This document shows positions 28,949 to 32,039 of a stretch of DNA of 32,039 nt, piece after piece. Under the pieces are notes generated by a model. The model did not search any database. It was not told the origin of the DNA and worked only from the letters and a program-made list of their open reading frames with translations. Source of the DNA: Macrostomum lignano (Eukaryota); the NCBI GenBank assembly GCA_002269645.1, contig NIVC01004898.1, positions 1-32,039 of the forward strand, written 5' to 3'. Within the stretch, counting starts at the first letter, position 1, and every line of letters starts with the position of its first letter. The translations under genes and the position numbers were made by a program.

Positions 28949-31909
28949 TTGCAGTCTTCAATTCGTCTCACGGTGGAAACCTCGGCTCCAGCCGACGATG
29001 GCAGCAAGATGCCACCGCCGCCGCCGCAGTCTCTGCCAGAGATTCAAGAGCCCGTCCGACTGAGGCAATCAGCGGAGACGCCCACCGGTTCCACAGCTGC
29101 GGAAGTACTCGGCGAAGTGCACCTGTGCTACGCCAGGTCGATGGAGTCTCTTGGCGGCAGCGGCGGCGGCGGCGGCGCGTTGCCGGTGGGCGGCAAAACC
29201 GACAGCAGCGTCAGCAGTTTGAGCCGCTAGGCGCGCCTTACAAAGGCGCCGCCCGGCCCGCAGTGACCCGGGCTAGAAAGATGCAACGCGTGCCGATTAG
29301 AGAAACTGTGCTCAGCCAATGCGAACCGACTGAGGCCGCCCCAGATAGTGGGCTGCAACAGCGTTTATCCGTGGGGATTTCGGCTGCTAGCGAGTGAGTC
29401 TGAGGCTATGAATCTGCGTAATGTGTTGCTTGACTTGACTTGACTCTGGGCTTGACCCAGATTGACCCAGGGCTTGACTCAGGGCTTGACCCAGATTGAC
29501 CCAGGGCTTGACCCAGGGCTTGACCCAGGGCTTGACCCAGGGCTTGACCCAGGGCTTGACCAGGGCTTGACCCAGGGCTTGACCCAGGGCTTGACCCAGG
29601 GCTTGACCCAGGGCTTGACCCAGGGCTTGACCCAGGGCTTGACCCAGGGCTTGACCCAGGGCTTGACCCAGGGCTTGACTCATACTGACCCAGGGCTTGA
29701 CCCAGGACTTGACCCAGGGCTGGACCCAGGACTTGACCCAGGGCTGGACCCAGGACTTGACCCAGGGCTGGACCCAGGACTTGACCCAGGGCTGGACCCA
29801 GGACTTGACCCAGGGCTGGACCCAGGACTTGACCCAGGGCTGGACCCAGGACTTTACCCAGGGCTGGACCCAGGACTTGACCCAGGGCTTGACCCCGGGC
29901 TTGAACCAGGGCTGGACCCAGGACTTTACCCAGGGCTGGACCCAGGACTTGACCAGGGCTTGACCCCGGGCTTGACCCCGGGCTTGACCCCGGGCTTGAC
30001 CCCGGGCTTGACCCCGGCTTGACCCGGGCTTGACCCGGGCTTGACCCAGGACTTGACCCAGAGCTGGACCCAGGACTTGACCCAGGGCTGGACCCAGGAC
30101 TTGACCCAGGGCTGGACCCAGGATTTTTCCCTTGTCTTAATGTTTACCTATTGTTCCCTTTGTTTTACCCTTAGGTTCACCTTAAACTTGACTATGTTTT
30201 ATCCCAGGCTTTGACCAAGGACTTACGCCAAGAACTAACTCACAGTTTGACTCATCATTATTTTCAGGCGTCGTCGCGTTCTTAGCGAGACAATCTCAAG
30301 CCGGTCCAAGCAGGATAAACAGAAAGAGAAGGAACTGCAGCAACAGGAACAACAACAGCAGCCTCAGCCATCGGAGCAGCAGCAGGCAGCTGAAGCAGAC
30401 GAATCTCAGACTAGTCAGCAGAGACCAGATTCTGTTGCTATGCCGCCTCCGCCGCCTGCCGTCACGACTTTCGCCGCTGCGGCGGGCAGTCACTCGCCTG
30501 TTGTAGTCGAGGCAGTCCTTGAGGAGCCTTCGCCAGCCGTGTCAGCAACAGACGCAGCCGATGTCCCGGCAACAATGAACGGGCACGACGCCTCCGCTGC
30601 GCAGATCTCGACGGCTGCTTCCGTTGTAGTTTCGGCCACTTCTACTTCGATTGCATCGTCAATAACAACGAATGCCACAACATCAACGACAGTTGCTTTC
30701 GCCGCTGCCGCCGTCGCCGCAGTCGCCACACCCGCATGCCGCCTCCGAGAAGGAGCGCGAAATCAACAACAAGAAGGCAGCGAAATCGCGGGAAGAGAAG
30801 GCCAAAGAGCGGGAGCGCAAACGGAGGAGCAGATGTGGCGCCGGCAACCAGATGGAGCTGCAGTTGAAACAGGGGGCATCGCCGTCAGCCCTGCGGTCGG
30901 TGGATTAAGCACAATATTAAATGCGGCGAAGGCGCCTACAAGCGAGTCTACAGGGGCTACGATCGGGAGCAGGGCCGGCCCATTGCCTGGTGCGAGCTCA
31001 AGTTTCACGTGGGCAAGGATAAGCCAGCTGAGAGGGAGCAGGTTCGCAAGGAGGTGAGCAGTAGCTGATGCCTGACCCACTGTAGCTGATGCCTGACCCA
31101 CTGTACTGATGCCTGACCCACTGTAGCTGATCCTGACCCACTGTAGCTGATGCCTGACCCACTGTAGCTGATGCCTGACCCACTGTAGCTGATGCCTGAC
31201 CCACTGTAGCTAATGCCTGACCACTGTAGCTAATTCCTGACCCACTGTAGCTAATGCCTGACCACTGTAGCTAACGATTGACCCATCCCAGCTATCATCC
31301 TGACCATCCCAGCTATCATCCTGACCAATCTCAGCTATCATCCTGACCAATCTCAGCTATCATCCTGACCCATCTCAGTATCATCCTGACCCATCTCAGC
31401 TATCATCCTGACCCATTCAGCTATCATCCTGACCCATCTCAGCTATCATCTGACCCATCTCAGCTATCATCCTGACCAATCTCAGCTATCATCCTGACCC
31501 ATCTCAGCTATCATCCTGACCCATCTCAGCTCTTCACCTGACCCATCTCAGCTTTCATCCTGACCCATCTCAGCTTTCATCCTGACCCATCTCAGCTTCA
31601 TCCTGACCCATCTCAGCTATCATTCTGACCCATCTCAGCTATCATTCTGACCCATCTCAGCTATCATCGAGCACCCCAACATAGTCGCTACTATGACTTA
31701 CTGGACTGCTATTTCGAATTAGACGAAAACGGCGAGAAAGGCGAGAAAGTGAAAGCTACGGTCATTGTCACCGAGTTCATGAGCGAGGGCACTCTGCGTG
31801 AGAAGATGAACGTTCTATAATGAGAGGACTCGCGAGGCTGTTGTCGATTTTAATGTTTTCCAGTCCTGGATGCAGCAGATTTAGAGGGGCTGCGGCATAT
31901 GCATCACAA
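28949..31909 (+). CDS. WNK-family Ser/Thr kinase, 5' exons only, with several indels; gene continues beyond the window
   Basis: SPCGRWIKHNIKCGEGAYKRVYRGYDREQGRPIAWCEL (Lys in subdomain I, Cys replacing the subdomain II Lys; exon ends 31053), EHPNIV.YYDY, VIVTEFMSEGTL (~31670-31810), SWMQQI.EGLRHMH (31864-31909). Low-complexity N-terminal exons at ~28950-29393 and 30267 onward. Start codon uncertain. Confidence 0.8.
29445..30125. repeat. Intronic minisatellite, 12 bp GACCCAGGGCTT
   Basis: Tandem copies between the first two WNK-like exons. Confidence 0.95.
31060..31665. repeat. Two adjacent related ~21-22 bp minisatellites (GTAGCTGATGCCTGACCCACT, then CTCAGCTATCATCCTGACCCAT)
   Basis: Tandem copies; unit switches near 31275. 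Confidence 0.93.
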
Positions 31910-32039
31910 GTGAGTATGCATTCTGAATTAGTGAGATTTTCGGGATGAGATCTCTCTGTTAGGGAGATTTCGGGATGAGATCTCTCTATAAAGGTTAGAT
32001 TTCGGTATAAGATCTTTCTGTTAATGTTGAGATTTCAGG

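Noticed and set aside
29387-30022. GLTQ/GLDP repeat ORFs
   Set aside because: They are artefacts of the 12-bp intronic minisatellite.

Overview
Two very different halves. Bases 1-15110 are the right-hand part of an AT-rich Polinton/Maverick (adintovirus-like) element integrated in an animal genome. It encodes a frameshifted protein-primed PolB, a lectin-tipped fibre-like protein, an adenain-like protease, minor and major capsid proteins, a packaging ATPase, a PZ-like ORF, an Eco47II-like PD-(D/E)xK nuclease and a PLA2-integrase fusion, and it ends in ...CTATACTACT. Bases 15111-32039 are host DNA: a 7-coding-exon V-ATPase subunit H gene and the 5' part of a WNK-family kinase gene, with minisatellites filling nearly every intron. 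That architecture suggests a Macrostomum-like flatworm (inference). The main find is a candidate three-part system inside the Polinton. (1) An orphan nuclease resembling the GGNCC-recognising Eco47II family. (2) By my manual scan, no GGNCC site in 15.1 kb, although CCNGG (same composition) occurs at least 9 times. (3) A compact, structurally complete, ORF-less group I intron (12744-13069) in the next gene, inserted in the PLA2 Gly|Pro codon pair (GGT|CCG), a dipeptide that must always spell GGNCC. A second unusual feature is a family of 26-30 nt GC-rich double-hairpin inserts (TCG...CGA) lodged in ORFs and across stop codons. All motif counts and structures were made by eye and need computational confirmation.
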